Under the pieces are notes generated by a model. That model saw nothing but the letters and a program-made list of their open reading frames with translations. It had not been told where the DNA came from and made no database searches. 64,000 nucleotides of DNA from Lysobacteraceae bacterium. Lineage in GTDB: Bacteria > Pseudomonadota > Gammaproteobacteria > Xanthomonadales > Xanthomonadaceae. Below are positions 26,901 to 37,157 of the stretch, in pieces; the stretch's first letter is position 1; each line of letters starts with the position of its first letter. Location: NCBI GenBank assembly GCA_030681035.1, contig JAUXUI010000069.1, forward strand, positions 27,674-91,673. The letters are read 5' to 3'. The position numbers and the translations under genes are program-made.

Positions 26901-27290
26901 CCGCTGACGGTGATCGGGGTGATGCCCGGCCATGCGCTGCTGGGCGCACCGTTCACCGCCACCTCGATGATCGGCATGATTGCGCTGGCCGGCATCATCG
27001 TGCGCAACTCGATCCTGCTGGTCGATTTCATCAACCACGCATTGGCGAAGGGCAAGGCGCTGGAAGACGCGGTGATCGAAGCCTGCGCAGTACGTGCGCA
27101 GCCAATCGTGCTGACCGCATTGGCGGCCATGCTTGGCGCTTTCTTCATCCTCGATGATCCGATCTTCAACGGCCTGGCAATTGCGCTGATCTTTGGCCTG
27201 CTGGTGGCCACCAGTTTGACCTTGATCATGATCCCATTGCTGTATTACGCCATGCTGCGGATTCGGCCACTCACAGGAGTCCAGTCATGA
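23895..27290 (+). CDS. RND family efflux permease (AcrB/HAE-type), with an in-frame ~70-codon repeat-derived insertion
   Basis: The start MSEHLGFSGRIARAF overlaps the MFP stop. 12-TM RND architecture (VDDAIVVVENIHRH, IVRNSILLVDF). About 1131 aa, which is longer than I recall for this family (from memory about 1030-1060 aa). Confidence 0.9.
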   Translation: MSEHLGFSGRIARAFQGNPLTPVLALAGLLLGLAAVLVTPREEEPQIDVTMANVTVPFPGASVEDVENLVSYPLEQVLAEIEGVRHVYSASRPGVAAITVEFQVGVPRQTAIVRLYNQVYANADWAPPGLGVGQPLVQPMGIDDVPVMALTLWTEDGARGATELAEVAHTLESELKRVPGTRDVYTIGAPDRAVLVQLDAARLAAYGLATEDLVGALRAANVVTQAGERIGAEGVVPVTAGTFLADADEVAELVIGLHQGKPVYLSDVAQVTRGADLPTQYVWHGAPAKRVGPAGIAPAVTLAVAKQPGRNAADITRAITQRMQALRGSLIPQGVQYTITRDYGQTATDKAEKLIHKLIFATSAVVLLMLVALGWREAVIVGTAVVVTLALTLFASWAMGFTLNRVSLFALIFAIGILVDDAIVVVENIHRHLRAGARSLHEAIAPAVDEVGGPTILATFTVIAALLPMAFVSGLMGPYMRPIPINASVGMLLSLVVALVLTPWLSAHLLAGAGAHASPSPSGETTHGLRAIGARALERLRRWRRPGREAGVGVRVQAKRTATASPDPHPQPLSRGERGAKPALSGMVSRFFERLLRPFLDVRAGARRRRWLFAGVGALVLLAAGLVAVQAVVLKMLPFDNKSEFQVVVDLPEGSTLEDTNALLAQLATALDDVPEVRDYQAYAGTSAPMTFNGLVRQYYLRRGANVGDLQVNLLDAQQRSRQSHVIAQAVRPVLAEIGSRAGASVKVVEVPPGPPVMAPIVAEVYAPTAADARAVASALRERFVATDGIVDIDTSMEADSAREIVVVDRARAAHLGISQASIAQTLQLALSGFDATYLRDGASKYAVPLRLRLPAGDQASMDGLLALRVRAGDGGLVPLSELVQVQRAGWEGAILHKDLLPVAYVTGDEAGASDSPLYGMFNLVGQLRDASLAGHRIDQHFIAQPLRSDAFAVKWDGEWQITYETFRDMGIAYAVGLVLIYLLVVAQFRSYLTPLVIMAPIPLTVIGVMPGHALLGAPFTATSMIGMIALAGIIVRNSILLVDFINHALAKGKALEDAVIEACAVRAQPIVLTALAAMLGAFFILDDPIFNGLAIALIFGLLVATSLTLIMIPLLYYAMLRIRPLTGVQS
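25446..25631. repeat. Palindromic REP/MITE-like element embedded in frame in the RND permease gene
   Basis: Inverted pair GGGGTTGGGGTGAGGGT / ACCCTCACCCCCAGCCCC plus hairpin CCCCTCTCCC-ga-GGGGAGAGGGG. It translates to ...GVGVRVQAKRTATASPDPHPQPLSRGERGA..., located after TM6 in the cytoplasmic loop. Confidence 0.6.
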
Positions 27291-27745
27291 GCGAAGGCGC
27301 GCAAATTTCCATCTCGCTTGAGCAAACCGGCGACTACGAGTTCCGCATCCGCTTCGAGGGCAGCGCGGTGGACGACCTGACCACCGACGAGCCAGCGCCA
27401 TTGGGCCATGACAACGGCCCGAATCCATCACGGCTGCTGCTGGCGGCGGTTGCCAATTGCCTGTCGGCAAGCCTGTTGTTCGCACTGCGCAAGTTCAAAA
27501 ACCAGCCCGGCGCGCTGCGCACCACCGCCACCGCGCACACCGAGCGCGATGCCGAGGGCCGCTGGCGCATCCCGCGCGCCGACGTGGTGCTGCATCTGGC
27601 CGAACCGGCCGCGCAGTACCAGAACCTCGACCGCATCCTCGCCCAGTTCGAAAACTTCTGCGTGGTCACCCAAAGCGTACGCGCCGGCATCGCGGTGGCG
27701 GTGCGAGTATGCGATGCCAAGGGCGTTACCGTACACGAAGCGTGA
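27287..27745 (+). CDS. OsmC/Ohr family peroxiredoxin-like protein
   Basis: GPNPSRLLLAAVANCLSASLLFALRK and FENFCVVTQSV show the two conserved Cys of OsmC. The start overlaps the RND stop. Confidence 0.85.
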   Translation: MSEGAQISISLEQTGDYEFRIRFEGSAVDDLTTDEPAPLGHDNGPNPSRLLLAAVANCLSASLLFALRKFKNQPGALRTTATAHTERDAEGRWRIPRADVVLHLAEPAAQYQNLDRILAQFENFCVVTQSVRAGIAVAVRVCDAKGVTVHEA

Positions 27746-27811
27746 GTGGTCGTTGGGCTATGGGTCGCCGATAGGATCGGCTGCTACCGGTGAGCGCAAC
27801 CGCGCTTTGTG

Positions 27812-27880
27812 GTCGCCCACAGGGTGGGCTCCTACAGGTCGGCGCACCCGGTTTTTGTAGGAGCCCACCCTGTGGGCGGC
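27812..27880. repeat. REP inverted pair (GTCGCCCACAGGGTGGGCTCCTAC family)
   Basis: gtcgcccacagggtgggctcctaca ... tgtaggagcccaccctgtgggcggc. Related copies lie at 61325-61390 and 51691-51714. Confidence 0.6.
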
Positions 27881-27897
27881 CCACGTCAAGACGGCGT

Positions 27898-27928
27898 TAC
27901 TCGTAGGGCAACTCGCCGGCCTTGCTCT
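27898..27928 (-). other. Orphan cydB 3'-end-like fragment (candidate island boundary repeat / att-like)
   Basis: Minus strand reads AAG AGC AAG GCC GGC GAG TTG CCC TAC GAG TAA (KSKAGELPYE*). The real cydB end at 37158-37190 reads TGG GGC AAG GCG GGT GAG TTG CGC TAC GAG TAG (WGKAGELRYE*). By my count 26 of 33 nt are identical. Confidence 0.45.
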
Positions 27929-28029
27929 TGACCGATTGAGCCGGCGGGGTAGACTCGCTGGCAGGTATTCATTCTGTCCGGCGTGGTTATCCCGCCGCCG
28001 TCATCATCAGCAAGGAAGGGGGTTTTCGC

Positions 28030-29673
28030 TTGGCGAAGGTAAGCCGCAAGAAAAACGATTCGTCCGCCAATCTCGGTTTCGAGGCCAAGCTCTGGCTCAC
28101 CGCCGACAAACTGCGCAACAACATGGATGCGGCGGAGTACAAGCACGTGGTGCTTGGGCTGATCTTCCTCAAATACATCTCCGATACGTTCGAGGAGCAC
28201 CGCGCCAAGCTCATCGAAGGCGAGGGCAGCTACGAGGGTGCCAATCCCGAAGACCCGGACGAATATAAGGCAGAGAATGTGTTCTGGGTGCCGGCCGATG
28301 CCCGCTGGTCGCACCTGCAGGCCAGTGCCAAGCAGCCCAGCATTGGCAAGACCGTGGACGACGCCATGGTTGCCATCGAGCGCGACAACCCGCGCCTCAA
28401 AGGCGTGCTGCCGAAAGACTACGCCCGCCCCGGGCTCGACAAGCAGCGCCTCGGCGAACTGATCGATGTCATCGCCACCATTGAACTCACAGCCGCCAGC
28501 GAGGGCGAAAAGACCCACCGCTCGGTCGATCTGCTCGGCCGCGTCTACGAATATTTCCTCACCCGCTTTGCCAGCGCCGAGGGCAAGAATGGCGGCCAGT
28601 TCTACACCCCGTCGTGCGTGGTGCGCTGCCTGGTCGAAATGCTCGCCCCTTACAAAGGCCGCATCTACGACCCCGCCTGCGGCTCGGGTGGCATGTTTGT
28701 GCAGTCGGAAAAATTCGTCGAATCGCACGGCGGCAAACTTGGTGACATCAGCATCTACGGCCAGGAGAGCAACGCCACCACCCGCCGCCTCGCGGTGATG
28801 AACCTCGCCCTGCGCGGCATCGAGGCCGACTTCGGCCCCGAGCATGCCGACACCTTCCGCCGCGACCTGCATCCCGACCTGCGCGCCGACTACGTGCTCG
28901 CCAATCCGCCGTTCAACGACTCCGACTGGTTCCGCAAGGATGACGACGTACGCTGGCAATTCGGCGTGCCGCCCAAGGGCAACGCCAACTTTGCCTGGGT
29001 GCAACATTTCGTCCATCACTTGGCACCGAACGGCATGGCCGGCTTCGTCCTCGCCAACGGCAGCATGTCCTCCAACCAGTCCGGCGAAGGCGACATCCGC
29101 CGCGCCCTGATCGAGGCCGATCTGGTGGACTGCATGGTCGCGCTGCCCGGTCAGCTTTTCTACAGCACCCAGATTCCCGTTTGCCTTTGGTTCCTCGCGA
29201 AAAACAAAGCCGCCCGTCATTCCCGCGCAGGCGGGAATCCAGAAAAAACAACAGACCGCCGCAAACAAACGCTGTTCATCGACGCCCGCAAACTCGGCAC
29301 ACTCATCGACCGAGTCCACCGCGAGCTGACCGACGCCGACCTGGAAAAAATTTCCTCCACCTATCACGCCTGGCGCGGCGATGCTCTTGATCGTCATTCC
29401 CGCGAAAGCGGGAATCCAGCGACTTACACCGACATCCCCGGCTTCTGCAAATCCGCAACCACCGCCGAAATCGCCGCCCACGGTCACGTCCTCACTCCCG
29501 GCCGCTACGTAGGCGCCGAAGAAGTCGAAGACGACGGCGAACCCTTCGAAGAAAAGATGCCGCGCCTTGTCGCCGAACTGCACGCCCAGTTTGCCGAATC
29601 CGAGAAGCTGGAGCAGGCCATCAAAGCCAACCTGATTGGGCTGGGCTATGACATAAAGGAGCCACGCGCATGA
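28030..29673 (+). CDS. hsdM: Type I R-M DNA methyltransferase subunit HsdM
   Basis: TTG start. [17 protein letters not shown], AdoMet motif [10 protein letters not shown], catalytic NPPF ([11 protein letters not shown]). Confidence 0.92.
   Translation: MAKVSRKKNDSSANLGFEAKLWLTADKLRNNMDAAEYKHVVLGLIFLKYISDTFEEHRAKLIEGEGSYEGANPEDPDEYKAENVFWVPADARWSHLQASAKQPSIGKTVDDAMVAIERDNPRLKGVLPKDYARPGLDKQRLGELIDVIATIELTAASEGEKTHRSVDLLGRVYEYFLTRFASAEGKNGGQFYTPSCVVRCLVEMLAPYKGRIYDPACGSGGMFVQSEKFVESHGGKLGDISIYGQESNATTRRLAVMNLALRGIEADFGPEHADTFRRDLHPDLRADYVLANPPFNDSDWFRKDDDVRWQFGVPPKGNANFAWVQHFVHHLAPNGMAGFVLANGSMSSNQSGEGDIRRALIEADLVDCMVALPGQLFYSTQIPVCLWFLAKNKAARHSRAGGNPEKTTDRRKQTLFIDARKLGTLIDRVHRELTDADLEKISSTYHAWRGDALDRHSRESGNPATYTDIPGFCKSATTAEIAAHGHVLTPGRYVGAEEVEDDGEPFEEKMPRLVAELHAQFAESEKLEQAIKANLIGLGYDIKEPRA
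29216..29242. repeat. 27-nt hairpin repeat (GTCATTCCCGCG-N3-CGGGAATCCAG family), in frame inside hsdM
   Basis: gtcattcccgcgcaggcgggaatccag translates as [10 protein letters not shown] within hsdM. Confidence 0.85.
29393..29419. repeat. 27-nt hairpin repeat, second in-frame copy inside hsdM
   Basis: gtcattcccgcgaaagcgggaatccag translates as [10 protein letters not shown] within hsdM. Confidence 0.85.
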
Positions 29674-30101
29674 GACTGAATACCGACCACCTCAAGCGCT
29701 GCATCGATACCCTGCGCTCGTCGCTCACATTTTATGAGCAGGCTGCGGCGGACAGCATAGACCAGGAAATTTTCCGCAACGCCATCGTCAAAGGCTACGA
29801 ACTGGCGCAAGAGACCAGCTTCAAACTGGTAAAAAAAGCCCTGCGTGATTACGGCCACGGCGCAAAAAAGCTCGACACCACGCCCATCAAGGATCTGCTG
29901 CGTTTGTCCGCCACCCATGGCTTGATGACACTCGAAGAAGTGGAACGCTGGTTTGCCTATCGCGACAACCGCAACAACACCGCCCATGACTACGGCGAAA
30001 ACTTCGCCAGGGAAACGCTACGCTTGATTCCCGGCTTCATTGCCGACGTGACGCGACTGGAAACCATCCTGCGCGAACGCTACAGCGAAGGAGACAACTG
30101 A
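29670..30101 (+). CDS. HEPN-domain protein (nucleotidyltransferase substrate-binding protein, HI0074 family)
   Basis: The Rx4H motif is in [12 protein letters not shown]. The ATGA start overlaps the hsdM stop. Confidence 0.8.
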   Translation: MRLNTDHLKRCIDTLRSSLTFYEQAAADSIDQEIFRNAIVKGYELAQETSFKLVKKALRDYGHGAKKLDTTPIKDLLRLSATHGLMTLEEVERWFAYRDNRNNTAHDYGENFARETLRLIPGFIADVTRLETILRERYSEGDN

Positions 30102-30439
30102 TGCCCGAACGATCGTTGCAAACACTGGCGTTGCTGCCCCAGCATCTGGCGATGTTGCGCGCGCTGCTGCAACAGCATCTGCCGCACGCCGAGGTCTGGG
30201 CCTACGGCAGCCGCGTCAACGGCAATGGTCACGACGCCAGCGACCTCGATCTGGTGGTGCGTCAGCCGAACGACCTGAAACAGCAGACCCCCAAACTGGG
30301 AGAAACGCAGGAAGCCTTGTCCGAAAGCAACCTGCCCATTCGCGTCGAGATAGTGGATTGGGCGCGCATCCCGGCCAGTTTCCACCGCGAAATCGAGCAG
30401 GCGTATGTGGTGGTGCAGACGGCGCGTGCGCATGCTTGA
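30101..30439 (+). CDS. Minimal nucleotidyltransferase (MNT) partner of the HEPN protein
   Basis: The GSx10-12DxD motif is in YGSRVNGNGHDASDLDLVV. TGATG overlap with the HEPN gene. Confidence 0.8.
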   Translation: MPERSLQTLALLPQHLAMLRALLQQHLPHAEVWAYGSRVNGNGHDASDLDLVVRQPNDLKQQTPKLGETQEALSESNLPIRVEIVDWARIPASFHREIEQAYVVVQTARAHA

Positions 30440-30446
30440 GGCAAGG

Positions 30447-30493
30447 CAGGCCATCAAAGCCAACCTCACGGGCTTGGGGTATGGCAAGTGAGC
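30447..30493 (+). pseudogene. Orphan duplicate of the hsdM 3' end / hsdS start junction
   Basis: caggccatcaaagccaacctcacgggcttggggtatggcaagtga encodes QAIKANLTGLGYGK* with embedded ATGGCAAGTGAG (MASE). The first 20 nt are identical to 29614-29633. Confidence 0.6.
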
Positions 30494-30557
30494 AACAACA
30501 CTCGCGCCGCGCGCCGTCATCCCCGCGTCGCGTGCCGTCATTCCCTCACCCCTTCCT

Positions 30558-30584
30558 GTCATTCCCGCGAAAGCGGGAATCCAG
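30558..30584. repeat. 27-nt hairpin repeat, preceded by degenerate half copies at ~30516-30547
   Basis: gtcattcccgcgaaagcgggaatccag. Confidence 0.85.
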
Positions 30585-30593
30585 CCAACACAA

Positions 30594-30887
30594 ATGATCG
30601 ACAAACAGCCAGCGGTGTACATTCTTGCCAGCCGCCGCAACGGCACACTGTACGTCGGCGTCACCAGCGATCTCACCAAGCGGATATGGCAACATCAAAA
30701 CGACCTCGCCGAGGGCTTCACCCAGCGCTACAACGTGCATCTACTGGTCTGGTACGAACAACACAGCGAAATCGTAAGTGCCATCGTCCGCGAGAAGCAG
30801 ATCAAGAAATGGAACCGCGCGTGGAAACTCACATTGATCGAAGCAAAAAACCCACAATGGCACGACCTGTGGCCGACTCTGCTATGA
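30594..30887 (+). CDS. GIY-YIG nuclease family protein (small URI-domain protein)
   Basis: AVYILASRRNGTLYVGVTSDLTKRIWQH.....GFTQRYNVHLLVWYE......AIVREKQIKKWNRAWK. Confidence 0.85.
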   Translation: MIDKQPAVYILASRRNGTLYVGVTSDLTKRIWQHQNDLAEGFTQRYNVHLLVWYEQHSEIVSAIVREKQIKKWNRAWKLTLIEAKNPQWHDLWPTLL

Positions 30888-30934
30888 GCCCGCCATGCGT
30901 CCGCGTACCCGAAGCCGGCAGGCAACCGGTGGCT

Positions 30935-30961
30935 CTGGATTCCCGCTTTCGCGGGAATGAC
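30935..30961. repeat. 27-nt hairpin repeat (inverted orientation)
   Basis: ctggattcccgctttcgcgggaatgac. Confidence 0.85.
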
Positions 30962-30977
30962 GGCAGGGGGTTGGGCT

Positions 30978-32287
<1,310 letters not shown>

Positions 32288-32291
<4 letters not shown>

Positions 32292-33358
32292 GCAAAAAGA
32301 AACCCACACCCGGCGGTCGCGCCAAGAAAAAGGCCGAAGTCTCCCTCGTCCGCTCGTCGGCGGCGGAATACCTGACCTTTGTGGCGGCTGGAGGCGCCTC
32401 TGAAGCCAGCGTTGAAATGCGCTACGAAGATGAAAACGTCTGGCTCACGCAGAAGATGATGGCGGCGCTTTACGATGTCTCCGTCCCCGCCATCAACCAG
32501 CACCTGAAGCGCATTTTCAGCGACAACGAACTGGAGGAAAGTTCAGTTGTTAAGCAATACTTAATAGCTGCCGCAGACGGCAAAAATTACCTGACGAAGC
32601 ACTACAGCCTGCAAGCGATCATCGCCGTGGGCTTCAAGATCGAGAACGAGCGGGCCGTCCAATTCCGCAAATGGGCCAACCAGATCGTGAAGGACTACAC
32701 GATCCAAGGCTGGACGATGGATGCGGAGCGCCTCAAGCAAGGTGGCATCCTGACGGATGAGTTTTTTGAGCGGCAGCTTGAGAAGATTCGGGAAATCCGG
32801 CTCTCCGAGCGAAAGTTCTACCAGAAAATCACGGACATTTACGCCACCGCGCTGGACTACGACCCGTCCGCTACGGCGACGAAGCGCTTCTTTGCCGCAG
32901 TGCAAAACAAGATGCACTTCGCCGTGCATGGCCAGACGGCGGCTGAGGTGATCGTGGACCGCGCCGACCATCAAAAACAAAACATGGGGCTGACGACTTG
33001 GGAGGCTGCGCCGAAAGGGAAAATCCAACGCTACGACGTTTCCATCGCCAAGAACTACCTCTCGGACTCCGAAATGGGCCAGATGCAGCGCATCGTCTCC
33101 GCCTACCTCGACATGGCCGAGATGCAGGCGATGCGGAAGATTCCGATGACCATGGAAGACTGGGAAAAGCGCTTGAGCGGCTTCCTCCAACTCTGGGACC
33201 GGGACATTCTACAGGACGCGGGCAGAGTGTCGGCGGAACTGGCAAAGGCCCATGCCGAGAGCGAGTTTGAGAAATACCGCATCGTGCAGGACCGGCTGTT
33301 CGAGTCGGACTTTGACCGGATAATCAAGGAGCTGCCGTCGGGGGCCGACAAGTCATGA
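32288..33358 (+). CDS. rhuM: RhuM family (virulence protein RhuM-like) protein embedded between hsdS and hsdR
   Basis: [75 protein letters not shown] overlaps at both ends. Confidence 0.8.
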
Positions 33359-36300
33359 GCCTCAACGAATCCACCGTCGAAGACGCCGCCCTCGAATGGT
33401 TCAGGGAGCTGGGCTATGCGATCGGCCACGGGCCGCAACTCGCACCCGGTGAGCCGGCGGCAGAGCGCGATTCGTTTGCCGAGGTGGTGCTGGCGGGGCG
33501 ATTGCGTGAAGCCATCGCGCGATTGAACCCCTCCATTCCGGAAGACGCACGGGATGAAGCGCTGCGCAAGGTGTTGAGAGTAGGGACGCCTTCGCTGACG
33601 CAGAGCAACCGTGCCTTTCACCGGATGCTCAGGGACGGGGTTGATGTTGAATACCCACGTGAGGACGGCTCGATCAAGGGCGACAAGGTTTTACTCGTCG
33701 ATTTTGCGGATGTCCGGGCAAATGACTGGTTCGTCGTGAACCAATTCACCGTGATCGAGGGCCAGCACAACCGGCGGCCGGACATCGTGGTGTTCCTCAA
33801 TGGGCTGCCGCTGGGCCTGATCGAGCTGAAGAACGCGGCGGATGAGGACGCGACGATCTGGAGCGCCTACGCGCAGTTGCAAACCTACAAGGCGGAGATT
33901 CCCAGTCTGTTGCATTACAACGCGGCGCTGGTGGTGAGTGATGGCTTGCAGGCGCGCATGGGTTCGGTGACGGCGAACCAGGAATGGTTCAAGGTCTGGC
34001 GCACGATTGATGGCGAGGGTGACGCGCCGAAGGCGGCGCTGGAGCTGGAAGTGCTGATACGCGGGGTGTTCGAGCGGCAGCGCTTGCTCGACTTGCTGCA
34101 CCACTTCATCGTTTTCGAGGAAGACCCGGATTCGGGCGCGCTGCACAAGATCATCGCCGGCTACCACCAGTTTTACGCGGTGAATGCCGCGGTGGAAGAA
34201 ACCGTGCGCGCCAGTGGCATGCGTGTACACGAGGAGGCCGGCAGGTATTGGGCGGGCCGGATGCACGGTGGCAAACCGGGCGATCGTCGCGCCGGCGTGG
34301 TCTGGCACACGCAGGGCAGCGGCAAGAGTTTTTCGATGCTGTTTTTTGCCGCGCGCGTGGTGCGGCATGCGGCGATGCAGAACCCGACGCTGGTGGTGCT
34401 GACTGACCGCAATGATCTTGATGACCAGCTTTTCGGCCAGTTCCAACGCTGCGCCGACATCCTCGGCCAGACGCCGGTGCAGGCCGGCGGGCGCGAGCAT
34501 TTGCGCGAGCTGCTGAACCGTGCCAGCGGCGGCGTGGTGTTCACCACCATTCACAAGTTCATGCCCGAAAAAGGCGAGGCGATGCCCGAGCTGAGCGCGC
34601 GGCAGAACATTGTCGTGATTGCGGATGAAGCGCACCGCAGCCAGTACGGGTTTGGCGGCAAGGTGGATGAAAAGACCGGCGATATGACCTACGGCTTCGC
34701 CAGCAACCTGCGCGATGCCTTGCCCAATGCGTCGTACATCGGTTTCACCGGCACCCCCATCGAAAAGACCGACGCCAACACGCGGGCGGTGTTCGGCGAT
34801 TACATTTCCATCTACGACATCCAGCGCGCCGTTGCCGACAAAGCCACGGTGCCAATCTATTACGAGAGCCGCATTTCCAAGCTGAGCCTGAATGCTGCCG
34901 AGCTGCCGCAGCTCGATGAAGAGTTCGAGGAAATCACCGAAGGCGAGGAACTGACGAGGAAGGAAAAGCTCAAGACCAAGTGGGCCGCGCTGGAGGCGCT
35001 GGTGGGCGACCCGAAACGCATCGCGCTGGTGGCCGCCGACCTGGTGACGCATTTCGAGAAACGCCTGGAGGCGATGGACGGCAAGGCAATGATTGTGTGC
35101 ATGAGCCGCCGCATTGCCGTCGACCTGTACAACGCGCTGATCGATCTGCGGCCGGAGTGGGCCAGCGCCCAGGACGACGATGCGGAGGTGGAAAAGGGCA
35201 AGGCCTGTGTGGTGAAGGTGGTTATGACCGGCAGTGCCGACGATGGCCCCGATTGGCAGCCGCATATCCGCAGCAAGGACAAGCGCCGCAAGCTGGCGTA
35301 CCGTTTCAAGGATGTCAACGACCCGTTCCGTATCGTGATTGTGCGCGACATGTGGCTGACCGGGTTCGACGCGCCCTGCCTGCACACCATGTACGCCGAC
35401 AAGCCGATGCAGGGCCACGGACTGATGCAGGCCATCGCCCGGGTGAACCGCGTTTTCCGCGACAAGCCCGGCGGCTTGGTCGTGGATTACCTCGGCCTTG
35501 CCGATCAGCTCAAGCAGGCGCTGGTGACCTACACCGAGAGCGGCGGGCAGGGTGATCCCACTTTCGACACCGCGCAAGCCATTGCCGTGATGTTGGAGAA
35601 ACACGGCATCGCTTGCGACCTGATGCACGGCCTCGACTGGCGCAAGTGGACCAACGGCAAACCTGCTGAGCGCCTTGCCCTCATGCCCGCTGGGCAGCAA
35701 CACATCCTCGAACAGGCTGACGGCAAGCAACGCTGGGTGCAGATGGTGACCGAACTCTCGCGTGCCTTTGCCCTTTGCGCGGCCAGCGATGAGGCGACGG
35801 CAATCCGCGACGACGTTTCCTACTTCCAGGCCCTGCAAGCCGCGCTCAACAAGCAGACCAGCGAGAACCGCAAGACCCCCGAGCAGATCGATGCCGCAAT
35901 CCGCCAGCTCGTGAGCCGTGCCATCACTACCGAAGGCCAGGTGATCGATGTTTTCACTGCTGCCGGCTTGCCCAAGCCGGACATCAGTATCTTGAGTGAT
36001 CAGTTTCTCGCCGAAGTGCGCGGACTCAAGCACAAAAACGTCGCCGCCGAGCTGCTGGAGAAGTTGCTCAAGGATGAACTCAAGGTGCGCGCTCGGCGCA
36101 ACCTGGTGCAGAGCCAGGTGTTTTCGGAGAAGCTCAAAAAGACCCTCAACGCGTATCACAACCGTGCCATCTCGACGATGCAGGTAATCGAGGAACTGAT
36201 CAATCTCGCCAAGGACCTCGATGCCGCCAGCAAGCGCGGCGAAGACATGGGCCTGAGCGTCGATGAAGTGGCCTTTTACGACGCGTTGGCTGCCAACGAA

Positions 36301-36540
36301 TCCGCCGTGATTGCGATGGGCGACGACAAGCTGCGCGTCATCGCCGCCGAGCTGATCACCAAGGTTCGGCAAAGCACCACGATCGATTGGCAGTATCGCG
36401 AAAGCGCCCGCGCCAGAATCCGCGTCATCGTCAAGCGCATCCTCAACAAATATGGCTACCCACCCGATCTGCAGAATGCCGCCGTCCAACTGGTGTTGCA
36501 GCAAGCGGAGTTGCTGTCAGCTGAGTGGGCGGTGGCGTAG
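33355..36540 (+). CDS. hsdR: Type I restriction endonuclease R subunit HsdR
   Basis: [21 protein letters not shown]. Nuclease region [20 protein letters not shown]. Helicase motifs [31 protein letters not shown]. Confidence 0.92.
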   Translation: MSLNESTVEDAALEWFRELGYAIGHGPQLAPGEPAAERDSFAEVVLAGRLREAIARLNPSIPEDARDEALRKVLRVGTPSLTQSNRAFHRMLRDGVDVEYPREDGSIKGDKVLLVDFADVRANDWFVVNQFTVIEGQHNRRPDIVVFLNGLPLGLIELKNAADEDATIWSAYAQLQTYKAEIPSLLHYNAALVVSDGLQARMGSVTANQEWFKVWRTIDGEGDAPKAALELEVLIRGVFERQRLLDLLHHFIVFEEDPDSGALHKIIAGYHQFYAVNAAVEETVRASGMRVHEEAGRYWAGRMHGGKPGDRRAGVVWHTQGSGKSFSMLFFAARVVRHAAMQNPTLVVLTDRNDLDDQLFGQFQRCADILGQTPVQAGGREHLRELLNRASGGVVFTTIHKFMPEKGEAMPELSARQNIVVIADEAHRSQYGFGGKVDEKTGDMTYGFASNLRDALPNASYIGFTGTPIEKTDANTRAVFGDYISIYDIQRAVADKATVPIYYESRISKLSLNAAELPQLDEEFEEITEGEELTRKEKLKTKWAALEALVGDPKRIALVAADLVTHFEKRLEAMDGKAMIVCMSRRIAVDLYNALIDLRPEWASAQDDDAEVEKGKACVVKVVMTGSADDGPDWQPHIRSKDKRRKLAYRFKDVNDPFRIVIVRDMWLTGFDAPCLHTMYADKPMQGHGLMQAIARVNRVFRDKPGGLVVDYLGLADQLKQALVTYTESGGQGDPTFDTAQAIAVMLEKHGIACDLMHGLDWRKWTNGKPAERLALMPAGQQHILEQADGKQRWVQMVTELSRAFALCAASDEATAIRDDVSYFQALQAALNKQTSENRKTPEQIDAAIRQLVSRAITTEGQVIDVFTAAGLPKPDISILSDQFLAEVRGLKHKNVAAELLEKLLKDELKVRARRNLVQSQVFSEKLKKTLNAYHNRAISTMQVIEELINLAKDLDAASKRGEDMGLSVDEVAFYDALAANESAVIAMGDDKLRVIAAELITKVRQSTTIDWQYRESARARIRVIVKRILNKYGYPPDLQNAAVQLVLQQAELLSAEWAVA

Positions 36541-36610
36541 CTGGTGGCGTAGCCGGTGGCGGAAAGCTGGGTCGGTCGCGAATGGCGCTTACATAAGCCA
36601 GAACACCCTC

Positions 36611-36883
36611 AATTCGTCATTCCCGCGAATGCGGGAATCCAGTGACTTTAATTCGTCATTCCCGCGAATGCGGGAATCCAGTGACTTTAATTCGTCATTC
36701 CCGCGAATGCGGGAATCCAGTGACTTTAATTCGTCATTCGCGCGAATGCGGGAATCCAGTGACTTTAATTCGTCATTCCCGCGAATGCGAGAATCCAGTG
36801 ACTTTAATTCGTCATTCCCGCGAATGCGGGAATCCAGTGACTTTAATTCGTCATTCCCGCGAATGCGGGAATCCAGTGACTTT
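36611..36883. repeat. Tandem array: 7 x 39 bp units, each containing the 27-nt hairpin
   Basis: The unit is aattcgtcattcccgcgaatgcgggaatccagtgacttt, starting at 36611, 36650, 36689, 36728, 36767, 36806 and 36845. Two units carry single substitutions (copy 4 c->g, copy 5 g->a). Confidence 0.92.
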
Positions 36884-36942
36884 GGGAAATTGGGCACAAG
36901 CGAAAGAAACTGGATGCCGGCTGTAGCCTGCCCTCGAATGTT

Positions 36943-37060
36943 TTAAGGAAACTCTGAACAAGTCGTCACCCCGGCGAAGGCCGGGGTCCAGGTTATTGAT
37001 TCTGCTGGATTCCCGCTTTCGCGGGAATGACGAAATCCAACTTGTTCAGAGCGTCCTTAA
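36943..37060. mobile_element. MITE-like element: terminal inverted repeats flanking two hairpin modules
   Basis: Left end TTAAGGAAACTCTGAACAAGT. Right end ACTTGTTCAGAGCGTCCTTAA, whose reverse complement is TTAAGGACGCTCTGAACAAGT. Internal hairpins GTCACCCCGGCGAAGGCCGGGGTCCAG (36965-36991) and CTGGATTCCCGCTTTCGCGGGAATGAC (37005-37031). Confidence 0.55.
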
Positions 37061-37157
37061 TGGGGGGGCTCTGGCATGACGACGCTACAAGTGCCACTGG
37101 GACGGACGCGATGGTCTGTTTGGGTCGGCACCGTGGCCGACCTGCACCAAGCCAACA

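Noticed and set aside
33691-36504. 937-aa minus-strand ORF. Similar long antisense ORFs occur at 27886-29583, 19642-21294, 23592-24962, 42538-43923, 61189-62841, 57825-58979, 55155-55874 and 48855-49850
   Set aside because: They lie antisense to genes with clear family signatures (hsdR, hsdM, octaheme cytochrome, RND, HlyD, uvrB, panC, pcnB, dnaX). Their composition is Arg/Gly/His/Ala-rich, which is typical of shadow frames in high-GC DNA.
36611-36883. Possible CRISPR array (regularly spaced palindromic repeats)
   Set aside because: The 12-nt segment between palindromes is identical in all seven units, so there are no unique spacers. The period is only 39 bp, and no cas genes or leader are nearby. 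It is a tandem repeat of a REP-type hairpin.
36452-36946. 164-aa and 102-aa/94-aa ORFs with SFPRMRESSDFNS-type repeats
   Set aside because: They are translations of the 39-bp (13-codon) tandem array in three frames. There is no start context, and the peptides are low complexity.
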